Shown here one piece after another: positions 55,016 to 63,807 of a stretch of 64,000 nt of DNA. A program made the position numbers and the translations under genes. The stretch is from the IMG/VR virus record IMGVR_UViG_3300020021_000003, positions 1,877-65,876 of that record; one strand, 5' to 3'. The stretch's first letter is position 1. Each line of letters begins with the position of its first letter. Under the pieces are notes generated by a model. That model saw nothing but the letters and a program-made list of their open reading frames with translations. It had not been told where the DNA came from and made no database searches. This stretch comes from a virus.

Positions 55016-55153
55016 ATGCGATTCCATGTATTTCACAAATGGACTCCATGGCGTTTTATCAGCAATGAATCGGGGTGGGGACATGTAAGGCATTGTCGAG
55101 TCTGCTACACATGTAGGCTCAAGCTCCCTGGGAGGTTCTCCGTACGGATTTGA
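55016..55153 (+). CDS. 45-aa His/Cys peptide
   Basis: My translation gives HKWTPW...RHCRVC behind GGGGAAAG. Confidence 0.4.
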   Translation: MRFHVFHKWTPWRFISNESGWGHVRHCRVCYTCRLKLPGRFSVRI

Positions 55154-55178
55154 CAGAGACTTTGAAGTTTGGTAGAGT
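55150..55178 (+). promoter_or_regulatory. Strong sigma-70-type promoter
   Basis: TTGACA-17-TAGAGT. Confidence 0.75.
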
Positions 55179-55184
55179 CCTGTA

Positions 55185-55385
55185 CGTCGAAGCGCTACCG
55201 TAAATCATGTGTTTACGATGTCTTGACCAGACTTTGTTTATATCATCTATAAGCAGGTCTGGTCAAGACAGAGTCTCAACTGATAACAGAATGGTCTCAA
55301 CCTTCGGTTTCGACTGATTCTGAATATGGTTAGCCATAGATTCTAGATAGAAATCTAGGATTTATAGTTATCCGTATTAGATAGG
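55185..55385 (+). ncRNA. Putative structured RNA / long leader
   Basis: 14-bp perfect inverted repeat 55219-32/55257-70, a UUCG hairpin and a 13-bp hairpin. No ORF. Confidence 0.4.
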
Positions 55386-55393
55386 AAAAACAG

Positions 55394-55498
55394 ATGAGAG
55401 AATTCGGGAGAATAGTTCTTCTGGTCATCCCTGTTTATATAGTTGTGTGTTATCTGCTATTCGTCATCTATTCGGTTATGCCTCACTTCTGGAGATAA
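55394..55498 (+). CDS. 34-aa membrane peptide
   Basis: AGGA RBS, one hydrophobic helix. Confidence 0.45.
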   Translation: MREFGRIVLLVIPVYIVVCYLLFVIYSVMPHFWR

Positions 55499-55864
55499 AT
55501 GGAAATCGTATTGGCAGCAGGCATCTCTCTGGGATATCTTTATGTCTCTGCTCTGGTGGCGAAGCATCGTTACAGCTATACCAGAGCTAAAGAACTTGAC
55601 TTGAGTACGAAAAGTCATCCTAATCTAGGTATTGAGTACCATGTCGGATCTTTCAATACGTATTACAAGGGAATGTATGTACTCTCTGCCTGGTGCTTTG
55701 GTCTGTTCTTTCCCTTGACTGTTTTGGCTAGTCTTGTTGGTAGGTTCCTGGTTGACTTCACGTCAGCTGACCCTGTACTCTCTCAAGCAGAGCATGAGGC
55801 ACGGTACCTTGCCTGTCTCAAGAGGATTGACGAACTGGAGAAAGTCAATGAGCAAGCTAGGTGA
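55499..55864 (+). CDS. Membrane protein
   Basis: 121 aa, two hydrophobic segments, basic/acidic C-terminal helix. Confidence 0.65.
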   Translation: MEIVLAAGISLGYLYVSALVAKHRYSYTRAKELDLSTKSHPNLGIEYHVGSFNTYYKGMYVLSAWCFGLFFPLTVLASLVGRFLVDFTSADPVLSQAEHEARYLACLKRIDELEKVNEQAR

Positions 55865-56153
55865 TATGCCTGTTCCTCTGGTATTGACCAGGGACCAGGT
55901 TCGTACCATTCGAGGGGCTCTCTCTGTTATCTCAGAGTTCTCCCCTGAGTGGTCCATTGGTCCTGTAGACATCCAGCCTGTTCTAGACCTCTTGGACAGT
56001 GCAGAGACACAGGCTACGATAGTCCATGCCTCTAAGAAGCCTGAAAATGTCCCTCACTGGCGTTGTGGTACCGTTCATGGTCCCTCTGGTTGTCCCCGTG
56101 GTGGAGGCAATGACGGATGGCATATCTCTGATGGGGAATGGGAGAGTCACTGA
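55848..56153 (+). CDS. Hypothetical protein
   Basis: 101 aa from ATG behind GGAG. Confidence 0.55.
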   Translation: MSKLGDMPVPLVLTRDQVRTIRGALSVISEFSPEWSIGPVDIQPVLDLLDSAETQATIVHASKKPENVPHWRCGTVHGPSGCPRGGGNDGWHISDGEWESH

Positions 56154-56446
56154 TGGCTAACGAATACGTGAATCAGGCTTACACGCTTGAAGATCTTCGG
56201 CTGATTCAGGCAATGTGCCGAACTGCCTGCCCGTATCAGGAAGTTGAGGAGATGTTTCCGGCATTCCGGGAGGTCTATCTCACCACCACCAATCTCATTC
56301 GCAATATGGAGCAGGCTGCTAAGGCTATGCCGTATTCGGATGAGGACATGGAGCACGACGAGTACGAGTGCATGCACTATGACGATGGCTGTCGATGCCT
56401 GTGCCTGCCCTGTCGCGCTGGTAAGGGGGTGGAGACTTCTCCATGA
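56153..56446 (+). CDS. Hypothetical protein, Cys-rich C-terminus
   Basis: Coupled TGATG start. Confidence 0.55.
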   Translation: MANEYVNQAYTLEDLRLIQAMCRTACPYQEVEEMFPAFREVYLTTTNLIRNMEQAAKAMPYSDEDMEHDEYECMHYDDGCRCLCLPCRAGKGVETSP

Positions 56447-56538
56447 TCATCCGTTGGTGGTGGATGTTCCGGCGTAGGCACCACAGACCCAAGCTAGACA
56501 GTGCAGGTTACTGCGTTCGCTGCGACTAGCACCATACA

Positions 56539-56570
56539 AGCCCCTGAGACAGCCTCTCAGGGGTTTTGGT
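56539..56570 (+). terminator. Intrinsic terminator
   Basis: AAGCCCCTGAGA/TCTCAGGGGTTT stem plus T run. Confidence 0.7.
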
Positions 56571-56605
56571 GTGTCTGGTGGACTCCTGGACCACCCTAGC
56601 TAGTT

Positions 56606-56620
56606 GATCTTGTTAGAGAG
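56606..56620 (+). repeat. GATCTTGTTAGAGAG intergenic motif, copy 2
   Basis: Lies between a terminator and a TTGACA promoter. Confidence 0.75.
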
Positions 56621-56646
56621 CCCTTCAATCCGTTTCAGACCAGGGC

Positions 56647-56675
56647 TTGACACGGATCATCAGAGCTACTAGATT
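56647..56675 (+). promoter_or_regulatory. Sigma-70-type promoter
   Basis: TTGACA-17-TAGATT. Confidence 0.7.
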
Positions 56676-56734
56676 CATGTTTGTCAGCACGACGCAGACA
56701 CCCGACTGAGGGTCAACGCAACGGAGAGCAGACA

Positions 56735-56962
56735 ATGACTGAGAAGATGCAGAGTTGCCGATCGGATGAGGGAAAGATCGTCGGATTGGTTGATGCCTGC
56801 ATTGGCATTCACCGGTTCTTGGCAGAGTCTGATTTGAGCCTGCCCGATGTGCAGGAAGCACTAGCCGACATGTTCATGGACCCTGATTTCCTCAAGATCC
56901 AAGAGGCAGGCATGCACGCTGTGCAGATGGTTGCGGCAAGAAAGGCAAAGCAATGCCAATAG
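56735..56962 (+). CDS. Hypothetical protein
   Basis: 75 aa, GGAG RBS. Confidence 0.55.
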   Translation: MTEKMQSCRSDEGKIVGLVDACIGIHRFLAESDLSLPDVQEALADMFMDPDFLKIQEAGMHAVQMVAARKAKQCQ

Positions 56963-57195
56963 GTGTAGGATCAAAGGCTACCGTGTGGCATGAGGATGAT
57001 AAGACCTCAGAGATCAAGGGTCTCACCACTTCCGAACTTGCTCTACTCGTGGTAGGTTTGGGAGCGCTCGTTGAGTATGAGAGCATCAGTGCTACGGCTG
57101 CGATAGAGGCTCTTGATCTTCGGGAGGCTTTGGCCGAAGCAATGGATCTGAAATTGGGTCTCCCACCCCGCTTGACGGAGTCGCAGACGACTTGA
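56953..57195 (+). CDS. Hypothetical protein
   Basis: 80 aa, overlapping the upstream gene. Confidence 0.5.
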   Translation: MPIGVGSKATVWHEDDKTSEIKGLTTSELALLVVGLGALVEYESISATAAIEALDLREALAEAMDLKLGLPPRLTESQTT

Positions 57196-57482
57196 CACGC
57201 TAGACAGCAAGTGCAAGGATAGGCGCAGCAGGACAGCACAAAGCCCCAAACAGAGGGTCAGGGAAACTTGACACCGTGCGGGGAGCATGAAAGGGTACAC
57301 AGTACGGGAATGGTCGTTCAGCAGGTAAGAAACCTGAGATGTCCGCATAAAACATGCGGGATAAGCTGTAACATCAGGGTTCACCATTCCGCCTAGTGGT
57401 TGCTTACCTTCTACAGGGATCGAATAATATCTCTCTGTAGCGGGTAAGGAACTACTAGACGCGCAGCACAATAGGAGTAGTA

Positions 57483-57878
57483 ATGTGCATTGCAGGGGAC
57501 GCGCCTTGTCCCAACGCTTGTCGGTGTGGTTGTAACTCTGGCGAATACGAATGTGCTTGTGAGGCTGCAATGCAGATCGTCTATCAGAACCGTGTGCCGC
57601 ATGCTTCGCAAGAGGTCATTGACTCTGAGGTGTGGTCATGGCAGGATGGCACTGTGGACCACATCGGAGACAGTGTGGCACAGGCGATTGCGGCACAGTG
57701 GCACTCGCCTGGATCTCCGAACAGTACGGCACTGAGCACAATGGGTGCCGTTACGTGGGATATGCGCATTGAGGACTTTGCGAGTGATGTGGAGTACCTG
57801 TTGGCTGGGCAAGAGGACCGCTGGGCACTTGATGCCCTTGAGACCTACATTCAGGCTGCACAAGAGGGAGAGCTGTAA
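57483..57878 (+). CDS. Hypothetical protein, Cys-rich N-terminus
   Basis: 131 aa, AGGAG RBS. Confidence 0.65.
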   Translation: MCIAGDAPCPNACRCGCNSGEYECACEAAMQIVYQNRVPHASQEVIDSEVWSWQDGTVDHIGDSVAQAIAAQWHSPGSPNSTALSTMGAVTWDMRIEDFASDVEYLLAGQEDRWALDALETYIQAAQEGEL

Positions 57879-58085
57879 ATGATGACTCGCCAGGATTTCG
57901 AGAAGTTCGCCATTGTCATTCGTGACCAGGTGAACAGTGTTCCTGATGGACTCAGTCCGTTTGAAAGGCATTTGATTGCGGCAACTCTCATCGAAATTGC
58001 CTCTGATCTCGCCGACGTGATGGAGGGTTCGAATTCTCTGTTTGACCGGAGTCGTTTCCTCAAGGCTTGTGGAGTGCCGGAGTAG
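57879..58085 (+). CDS. Small protein with FDRxRFLKACG tail
   Basis: 68 aa. MTRQDFE.FA...N..FD..RF..ACG pattern is common in phage early proteins. Confidence 0.65.
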   Translation: MMTRQDFEKFAIVIRDQVNSVPDGLSPFERHLIAATLIEIASDLADVMEGSNSLFDRSRFLKACGVPE

Positions 58086-58194
58086 TTCGCTTAGCTTTCT
58101 CTAGGAAATACACGTAAGGGTTGTGCCCTTATAGTTCCTAGGGATTACTAGCCGAATTACACAGGGTAATCGACTTAACGTGAAGGGTAGTCTC

Positions 58195-58593
58195 ATGACT
58201 GCAATTACTGTCGCCGCTTTCTTCCCGGACAACGACGGTGAGATCGTTCGGGTGCACGATGCCTCTTGCACGCATACGCTGCGAGACTGGCGCGCCTATG
58301 GTGCTCCTGTCATGCTGTACGTGGAGACCGGTAAGGCCATCGTTCGACAGCTCAGCAAGAACGGTATTCGCTTCAAGGGTGTGCGCGTGATGCCCTGTGC
58401 ACGGATTCCTGAAGGGTACTGGAGCCACACTCCGACCGGTGAGCGTATGAAGCTCCACCACACTCGTATCGGCGCTCTCAACGCCACTCACCGTATCCGC
58501 AAGATCGATGCGGAGTCGGGCCACTTCAACACCCCTGAGCTTGCGCCGTACATGAGCGTGCGCTACGGTTTCAAGTACACCAACGCCAAGTAA
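58195..58593 (+). CDS. Hypothetical protein
   Basis: 132 aa, VHDASC motif. Confidence 0.6.
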   Translation: MTAITVAAFFPDNDGEIVRVHDASCTHTLRDWRAYGAPVMLYVETGKAIVRQLSKNGIRFKGVRVMPCARIPEGYWSHTPTGERMKLHHTRIGALNATHRIRKIDAESGHFNTPELAPYMSVRYGFKYTNAK

Positions 58594-58672
58594 TCCAGCG
58601 AATATCATTCCCGTTACGGCGGGATTGGTATTGACCGGATTAAAGGGTAATTCGGGCAACGAGAGGACTGTC

Positions 58673-59059
58673 ATGTCAAGGGTTATCGATGTTCCCGAAA
58701 CTGTTGCACTTGTTGACGCTGCGATTGAGTTGCGTGGACGCAAGTACGTCTATCCGCGTCCCCAGGGTGCTGGCTGCCAATACGTGACCAACCTGGGCAC
58801 GCCTGAGCAGGAGCCTGGTTGCATTATTGGAGCGGCTCTGATCAATGGTGGAGTAGTAGAGCCTGAGTTCTTTTTGGGAGAGAATAACGCGGGTGAGTAC
58901 AATCACCTGATCATCAATGCTATCTACGAAAGCATTCCTGGAGTGGAGTTCACTAGTCAAGCCATGTCTTACATGTCCATAGTTCAGGCACGACAGGATT
59001 GCGGTGAATCCTGGGGAGCCTCTGTTGACTACGCCAAGAGCAAGCTCGATATCAACTAG
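58673..59059 (+). CDS. Hypothetical protein
   Basis: 128 aa, GAGG RBS, CQY...P.CIIG.AL...Q..QD.G..WG pattern. Confidence 0.65.
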   Translation: MSRVIDVPETVALVDAAIELRGRKYVYPRPQGAGCQYVTNLGTPEQEPGCIIGAALINGGVVEPEFFLGENNAGEYNHLIINAIYESIPGVEFTSQAMSYMSIVQARQDCGESWGASVDYAKSKLDIN

Positions 59060-59070
59060 GGAGAAACAAT

Positions 59071-59268
59071 ATGGATAAGACTGCTCTTGCTAAGCTTGGA
59101 TTTGCTATGGTCTGTTCCGTTCTACTTGGCGGAATGGTTCTGATGTTCGCGGCGCCGTTTGTTGGCCTGTCTTTCGGGTATTGGGCTGGAGTACTGATCT
59201 GCTATGCGATTGAGGGTATGATCGGCGCAGGTGTGATGTTCGGTATTCAGGCAGCCCAGGATGTTTAG
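59071..59268 (+). CDS. Small membrane protein
   Basis: 65 aa, two hydrophobic helices. Confidence 0.6.
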   Translation: MDKTALAKLGFAMVCSVLLGGMVLMFAAPFVGLSFGYWAGVLICYAIEGMIGAGVMFGIQAAQDV

Positions 59269-59298
59269 GCTTCCAAGTAACTTCTATGATTGGATGCT

Positions 59299-59436
59299 AT
59301 GAAGAAATTTAGGTATTTCGTTTGGGGATTTTCCTCCGCGTGGTTCCTTAGTTTGGCTCTAGTCGGTAGTATTTACGGCATGGTTGGACTAGTTCTGATT
59401 GTTGCTATTCTTGTTATTGACTATCTCTCTAGTTGA
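59299..59436 (+). CDS. Small membrane peptide
   Basis: My translation gives 45 aa, basic N-terminus then hydrophobic. Confidence 0.4.
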   Translation: MKKFRYFVWGFSSAWFLSLALVGSIYGMVGLVLIVAILVIDYLSS

Positions 59437-59526
59437 TTGAGCTTCCCGCTATTCATACACGTTCTCTTTGTGAGGGAATAGGAATAGCGGGTTACTGAAC
59501 CAATTAAAAGATCTTGAGGTCAGGTA

Positions 59527-59555
59527 TTGACTCAGGCTGGCTAGGAGGCTAGGTT
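59527..59555 (+). promoter_or_regulatory. Sigma-70-type promoter
   Basis: TTGACT-17-TAGGTT. Confidence 0.65.
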
Positions 59556-59561
59556 GAAGGC

Positions 59562-59876
59562 ATGACAAAGACGATGGATCTTGCGGCACTGCTGTCCATG
59601 GACTCCAACGATGCACGGTGCATGGGACTCCGCAAGGTACGGGACATCATGAGTGTGAAGCGCAAGGATGCCGGATACCTGCGTCTGTGCGACTCGATCA
59701 GGAGCGAGGGTATCTCTTCCCCCATCCTGATCTGCCGTAGCCGTAGGGGACGTCCTGTAGTCTTCAACGGGCATCACAGGATCGCTGCCGCTATCGAATG
59801 CGGCATCACAGAGCTTCCGGTCACGGAAGATTTCATGCTGAGCGAAGATGAGAAGTGGACGGAAGAATGCGCGTAA
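59562..59876 (+). CDS. ParB/Srx-like nuclease-domain protein
   Basis: L..SI..EG...PI...V.NGHHRIAAA..CG...LPV. Confidence 0.8.
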   Translation: MTKTMDLAALLSMDSNDARCMGLRKVRDIMSVKRKDAGYLRLCDSIRSEGISSPILICRSRRGRPVVFNGHHRIAAAIECGITELPVTEDFMLSEDEKWTEECA

Positions 59877-60262
59877 CTGAGGATGACTTTAACCGGCTGG
59901 TGACTCAGGTTGCAGTCTATGATCCGAAGTGGTATTTCGAAGACTACAACGAGGGTGTTACGGATCATGTAGTCCATCGCGTGTACCCGTTCCGCTACAT
60001 CAACGAGCTGGACAGCTCTTACAGCTCAGTCCTGTTCGCCCGAGAGTTCTTGGAGCGCCAAGACATCGCCTATACGGTCGTCTACGACGCCGGAGACATG
60101 AATTGGTGCATCCTGTCCGACTACGCTCCTCCGCACTGGGTTGAGGCTGTAGAGCGCTCCAAGGCTTGGAATGATCAACTGACACTCCAGAACTTGCAGC
60201 CCCGGGAGCTTGACAAGCCTTTCGCCCCTGCACTAGGTTGGAACCAACAGCCCAGCGAATAA
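59867..60262 (+). CDS. Hypothetical protein
   Basis: 131 aa. Confidence 0.6.
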   Translation: MRVTEDDFNRLVTQVAVYDPKWYFEDYNEGVTDHVVHRVYPFRYINELDSSYSSVLFAREFLERQDIAYTVVYDAGDMNWCILSDYAPPHWVEAVERSKAWNDQLTLQNLQPRELDKPFAPALGWNQQPSE

Positions 60263-60270
60263 GGGAAGTT

Positions 60271-60576
60271 ATGGAAACGGCAGTCAAGGAATATCGCGTA
60301 TGGCTGGAGACTGGTGATCTGCTAGGTCTGGTCTGCGTCTACAAGCGGCGTGCATGGTGGACGGTTGAGAACGAACAGCCGTTCTATATCAGTGAGCGTC
60401 CGAAGCCCAAGGGTTTCCGCAGTGAGCAGGATGCTTACGACTACGCCATGGGCGAGGCAGAACGTTACATGTCTCAGGCCATGGAATGGGAAGAGGCAGA
60501 GACCGAACGTCAGGGTTACGCATGGGATGCGGAGTTCTCCGATTCCTATCACATTCAAGTGACGGAGGCAGAATGA
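60271..60576 (+). CDS. Hypothetical protein
   Basis: 101 aa. Confidence 0.55.
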   Translation: METAVKEYRVWLETGDLLGLVCVYKRRAWWTVENEQPFYISERPKPKGFRSEQDAYDYAMGEAERYMSQAMEWEEAETERQGYAWDAEFSDSYHIQVTEAE

Positions 60577-60806
60577 CCAGCACCAATGAGCAGGTTGCAC
60601 AGGATTTCTTCAAGAACTTCCCGGATAAGCCTGGTGCGCGAGTCGGCGACAAGGTAGTCTTCCTGATGGTAGAGAACGACAGCATCCTCCGCTATCAGGG
60701 TACGCTGTGGCAGACACGGTCAGATGGTGCGGGTACCATCCTTGTAGGCAACCTGTTCAAGACTACCACCATGACCTACGTTCGCAAGGCACAGACGGAT
60801 AGCTGA
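60573..60806 (+). CDS. Hypothetical SH3-like protein
   Basis: 77 aa, ATGA overlap, GGAGG RBS. Confidence 0.55.
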   Translation: MTSTNEQVAQDFFKNFPDKPGARVGDKVVFLMVENDSILRYQGTLWQTRSDGAGTILVGNLFKTTTMTYVRKAQTDS

Positions 60807-60888
60807 GTTTTTCACTGCATAGGGCTTGCGTTCTGTGCGGTGAGATGGTTAGCTAGCACCAGCAACCAACCGGACGAGAGGCTACACC

Positions 60889-61146
60889 ATGACTGAGCTT
60901 GAGATGATGGCGCGAGTTGCTGTCAACCCGCTCGTACAGCAGTACCGCAAGGTTGTGCAGGAGTATCGTAACCGCATGGTCGCTGCGTATGGTCCCGACT
61001 TCGATGCCGAGTGGACGAACGATGCTGACCTTGACCCGCGCGGCTTCAAGATCATGACGGACCGTGAGCGTGAGAAGTACAATGCTCTGCACATCCGGAT
61101 GAACGTGGTCCGGAAGATGGTCCGGGAAAGTCTTCAGAACCGCTAG
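60889..61146 (+). CDS. Hypothetical protein
   Basis: 85 aa, GAGG RBS. Confidence 0.6.
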   Translation: MTELEMMARVAVNPLVQQYRKVVQEYRNRMVAAYGPDFDAEWTNDADLDPRGFKIMTDREREKYNALHIRMNVVRKMVRESLQNR

Positions 61147-61224
61147 ACAGCGTAGCTAGTAGGGTATAGAGTTACACCAACAAGCCAAACAGAGCCAAAC
61201 GGCTCAAGGACAAAGGATTACACC

Positions 61225-61428
61225 ATGAACGCTCTGCTCCGGAAGCTCGTTTCGTACACCACCATCAGCGGCGAGACCGTCAAGGGCAAGATCATTGCGG
61301 CCGGTCGGGACAAGTACGGCCCGCTGTACGTCGTCAAGGTCACCACTGCGGATGTGCGTGCGTATGCCAAGGGTTCGACCTTCGCTGTCTCCGCTGAGAA
61401 CTTCGGCAGTGTCCTGGTCCTGCGGTGA
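61225..61428 (+). CDS. Small SH3-like protein
   Basis: 67 aa, AAGGA RBS. Confidence 0.6.
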   Translation: MNALLRKLVSYTTISGETVKGKIIAAGRDKYGPLYVVKVTTADVRAYAKGSTFAVSAENFGSVLVLR

Positions 61429-61631
61429 GAATCGCAATCATTGAGTGGACCGTGAACATTGGAAACGGTCCCAGGACAATGACACATGCGATTGTCGAGA
61501 GGACAGGACAAGATTTGGAAAGTGCCGCATCTCGTTGGGCATACATGTCCCTGTCCGAAAAGGCTTACGAGAACTGCACCATTACGGTGTGCAATACCGA
61601 TCCCGCGAGCATGGAAGTTATTCGTGGATAA
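61425..61631 (+). CDS. Hypothetical protein
   Basis: 68 aa, GTGA overlap. Confidence 0.45.
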   Translation: MRIAIIEWTVNIGNGPRTMTHAIVERTGQDLESAASRWAYMSLSEKAYENCTITVCNTDPASMEVIRG

Positions 61632-61794
61632 TCTGATCTCAACCGTAGGGGAATTGCGAAAGAGGCTCGCAGGAATGCCGGACGATTGGCCGGTGGCTGT
61701 GTTCGTTGATGACAATTGCGGTTGCTGTTCTACCGGTGGCGGATGGGAGCAACTGCAAGTTGAGCTTACGGACGGAATGGTTAAGATTCGGTAA
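61624..61794 (+). CDS. Small protein (TVGEL...L..MPDD.PV family)
   Basis: 56 aa from GTG 61624. Confidence 0.5.
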   Translation: MDNLISTVGELRKRLAGMPDDWPVAVFVDDNCGCCSTGGGWEQLQVELTDGMVKIR

Positions 61795-61949
61795 TGGACT
61801 ACTCAGATGCATATCCGCAGACTACGGGAGAACTGATTAAGTTTCTTCAGGAACTCCCCGCAGACACTCCGGTGTATATCAGTGCGCACGATGGTGGTTG
61901 GGAAGCTGTAGAGGCTTTCTTTGAGGATGGAATAGCTTACCTGAGCTAG
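61794..61949 (+). CDS. Small protein, paralog-like of the preceding ORF
   Basis: My translation TTGELIKFLQELPADTPVY parallels TVGELRKRLAGMPDDWPVA. Confidence 0.5.
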   Translation: MDYSDAYPQTTGELIKFLQELPADTPVYISAHDGGWEAVEAFFEDGIAYLS

Positions 61950-62011
61950 TTCTCTTGTGGGATTCAGAATGCAGAGTTTCTGAGTCCTACTGGACCACTA
62001 GAGGAGAGAAC

Positions 62012-62353
62012 ATGGCTGACACGTCGATCGACTCTGACACGCTTGCCTACGTAGCAGCAGGAGCCAAGTATCTCGACGAAACATCGCCCGATTGGGCGCT
62101 GTACATGAATTCGCGAGAGCTGGACATGTCGGACGGAGAGTACTGCGTCCTCGGGCAATACCATGGAGACTATTTCACGGGTCTGAATGTTCGTAAGTTG
62201 TCGCATGATGACGCTCACGACTACGGTTTCAGTGTGCTGACGGCTGCTGGTTTTGAGGGTTCTGAGTATTGGGACACCTACGATGAGTGGACACAGCTCA
62301 CCTACATGTGGCGTGATGAGATCGCCAAGCGTCTTGCCGTACATGTGCTCTAG
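62012..62353 (+). CDS. Hypothetical protein
   Basis: 113 aa, GAGGAG RBS, GA..LD...PDW...LDM....CVLGQ.HG pattern. Confidence 0.65.
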   Translation: MADTSIDSDTLAYVAAGAKYLDETSPDWALYMNSRELDMSDGEYCVLGQYHGDYFTGLNVRKLSHDDAHDYGFSVLTAAGFEGSEYWDTYDEWTQLTYMWRDEIAKRLAVHVL

Positions 62354-62357
62354 TGGC

Positions 62358-62387
62358 TTGACAGGATGGAGCTTGCTCCGGTAAGTT
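62358..62387 (+). promoter_or_regulatory. Sigma-70-type promoter
   Basis: TTGACA-18-TAAGTT. Confidence 0.65.
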
Positions 62388-62430
62388 CCTTCCTATCAGG
62401 TTCCTAAGCGGTAGGAATCGGAAACAGGAG

Positions 62431-63210
62431 ATGAAAATGTCTGTTGATCTTGTGGCCTTGTTCGTCACGCTGGAGCAGTACGAGAGCACTGAGGAGAATA
62501 CCACCAGCATTGGTGACATCATTCAGGAGTTTCCCGGCGTGTCGGAGACAGAGCTGTTTGAGGCTCTTGAGAAGCTTGCTGACGTGAAGCTGGTGGACGC
62601 TCTCGGACGCGGACTGACTGCTGAGTGGTTCATCGACGTCCCGGACGTCAACAGTGACAATGCGGAGAGTGTGGCAGAATCCGCTCTCAAGAGTGTTGAG
62701 CCGAAGCCTGAACCGCGCAAGCGTCGCACTGCTGCTGAGATGGCAGAGGCCAAGCGTCAGGAGCGCGAGCGTACGGAGTACAACGCCAAGGCTGCTGAGA
62801 GTCAGGATGCTGTGATGAGCCAGGGTGAGAACGTGGACTACAGTGATCTTGCTGAGGATGAGCTTCCCAGTGCTGTGCTGGAGATTCTGGAGGAGGCTCC
62901 GGCTACTCCGCTTGACGTTGCTCAGGCCATGGCTGTTCATCCGGCTACGCTGGTCACCGTTCCGAAGCCTTTCGTTTCGGTCGAGCATGAGAGCGACATT
63001 GAGAAGAACGGGCTTGCACTCGATGAGCCGGAGTTCATCCCTGAGCTTCCCGAGGGTGTCAACGGCAATACCTGGTACATGGCGCACGCTGCCATCACTC
63101 AGACTGCGCGTGACTGGTGGATGGGCAAGGCAGCAGAGCAGCGCAACGCTTTCATCCTGGCCAATCCTGGTACGTCGATCACTGAGCAGGAACTTGCTGC
63201 GCGTCTCTAG
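62431..63210 (+). CDS. Acidic protein with possible N-terminal winged helix
   Basis: 259 aa, AGGAG RBS, IGDIIQEFPGVSETELFEAL..L...L. Confidence 0.65.
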   Translation: MKMSVDLVALFVTLEQYESTEENTTSIGDIIQEFPGVSETELFEALEKLADVKLVDALGRGLTAEWFIDVPDVNSDNAESVAESALKSVEPKPEPRKRRTAAEMAEAKRQERERTEYNAKAAESQDAVMSQGENVDYSDLAEDELPSAVLEILEEAPATPLDVAQAMAVHPATLVTVPKPFVSVEHESDIEKNGLALDEPEFIPELPEGVNGNTWYMAHAAITQTARDWWMGKAAEQRNAFILANPGTSITEQELAARL

Positions 63211-63274
63211 TGTGTGATAGGGATTGGGAATCATAAGATTCCCTTTCTCTATGACCTACTAGGAAGGGTTAGTA

Positions 63275-63481
63275 ATGGAAAGCCTTTTTGGTCCTGAGTT
63301 TTGGGCAATCGTGGAAAGCAAGATGCGCGAGGGGCAGAGGAAGGGACAAGCGATTGTCAATCTGACCTGTGAGATGTTTCCGGAGGCACGACAGCTCGAC
63401 GGTACTCTCTGGGATTGCTTCTACCGCGATTCCCTGATCAGTGACTACCTAGAGCGTTTGGTGGATCTTCTCACTAAGTAA
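63275..63481 (+). CDS. Hypothetical protein
   Basis: 68 aa, R.GQA..N...P...DCFY.D motif. Confidence 0.6.
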   Translation: MESLFGPEFWAIVESKMREGQRKGQAIVNLTCEMFPEARQLDGTLWDCFYRDSLISDYLERLVDLLTK

Positions 63482-63490
63482 GGAAAGGTA

Positions 63491-63676
63491 ATGGCTAAAC
63501 GCTTTCGAAAGGGACAGAGAATCATTCACCAGCGGCGTGCTTGTGAGAATGTCAGGAAAGCATACAATGCCACTCCTGCCGATGCTCACCGCTGGTTTGT
63601 TCTCAACGGAATTCCCATCATGGAATTGAGTGAAATGTCCCGCAAGAGGATCAATCGTCTGATGTATCAGAAGTAG
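63491..63676 (+). CDS. Small basic protein
   Basis: 61 aa, AAGG RBS. Confidence 0.55.
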   Translation: MAKRFRKGQRIIHQRRACENVRKAYNATPADAHRWFVLNGIPIMELSEMSRKRINRLMYQK

Positions 63677-63687
63677 CTGACACAGAG

Positions 63688-63726
63688 AAACCCCCTGGCC
63701 TACTCAAAGGCTTAGGGGGTTTCTTT
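63688..63726 (+). terminator. Intrinsic terminator
   Basis: GAAACCCCCT/AGGGGGTTTC stem plus TTT. Confidence 0.75.
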
Positions 63727-63792
63727 ATGCGGTTGACTTGACGTGTCCTCGCTAGAGTCTGTGCCGACACAGGAGCGGGAAGCTCTCAGAGC

Positions 63793-63807
63793 CTCTCTAA
63801 CAAGATC
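63793..63807 (-). repeat. GATCTTGTTAGAGAG intergenic motif, copy 3 (inverted)
   Basis: ctctctaacaagatc on the plus strand. Confidence 0.75.

Noticed and set aside
59562-59876. Plasmid-type partitioning system
   Set aside because: Only an isolated ParB/Srx domain is present, with no ParA, DNA-binding HTH or parS array nearby.
51480-63234. Long minus-strand ORFs in the early region (51480-52268, 53989-54777, 58138-58743, 62404-63234)
   Set aside because: They are GC-rich antisense shadows of plus-strand genes that have RBSs and promoters.
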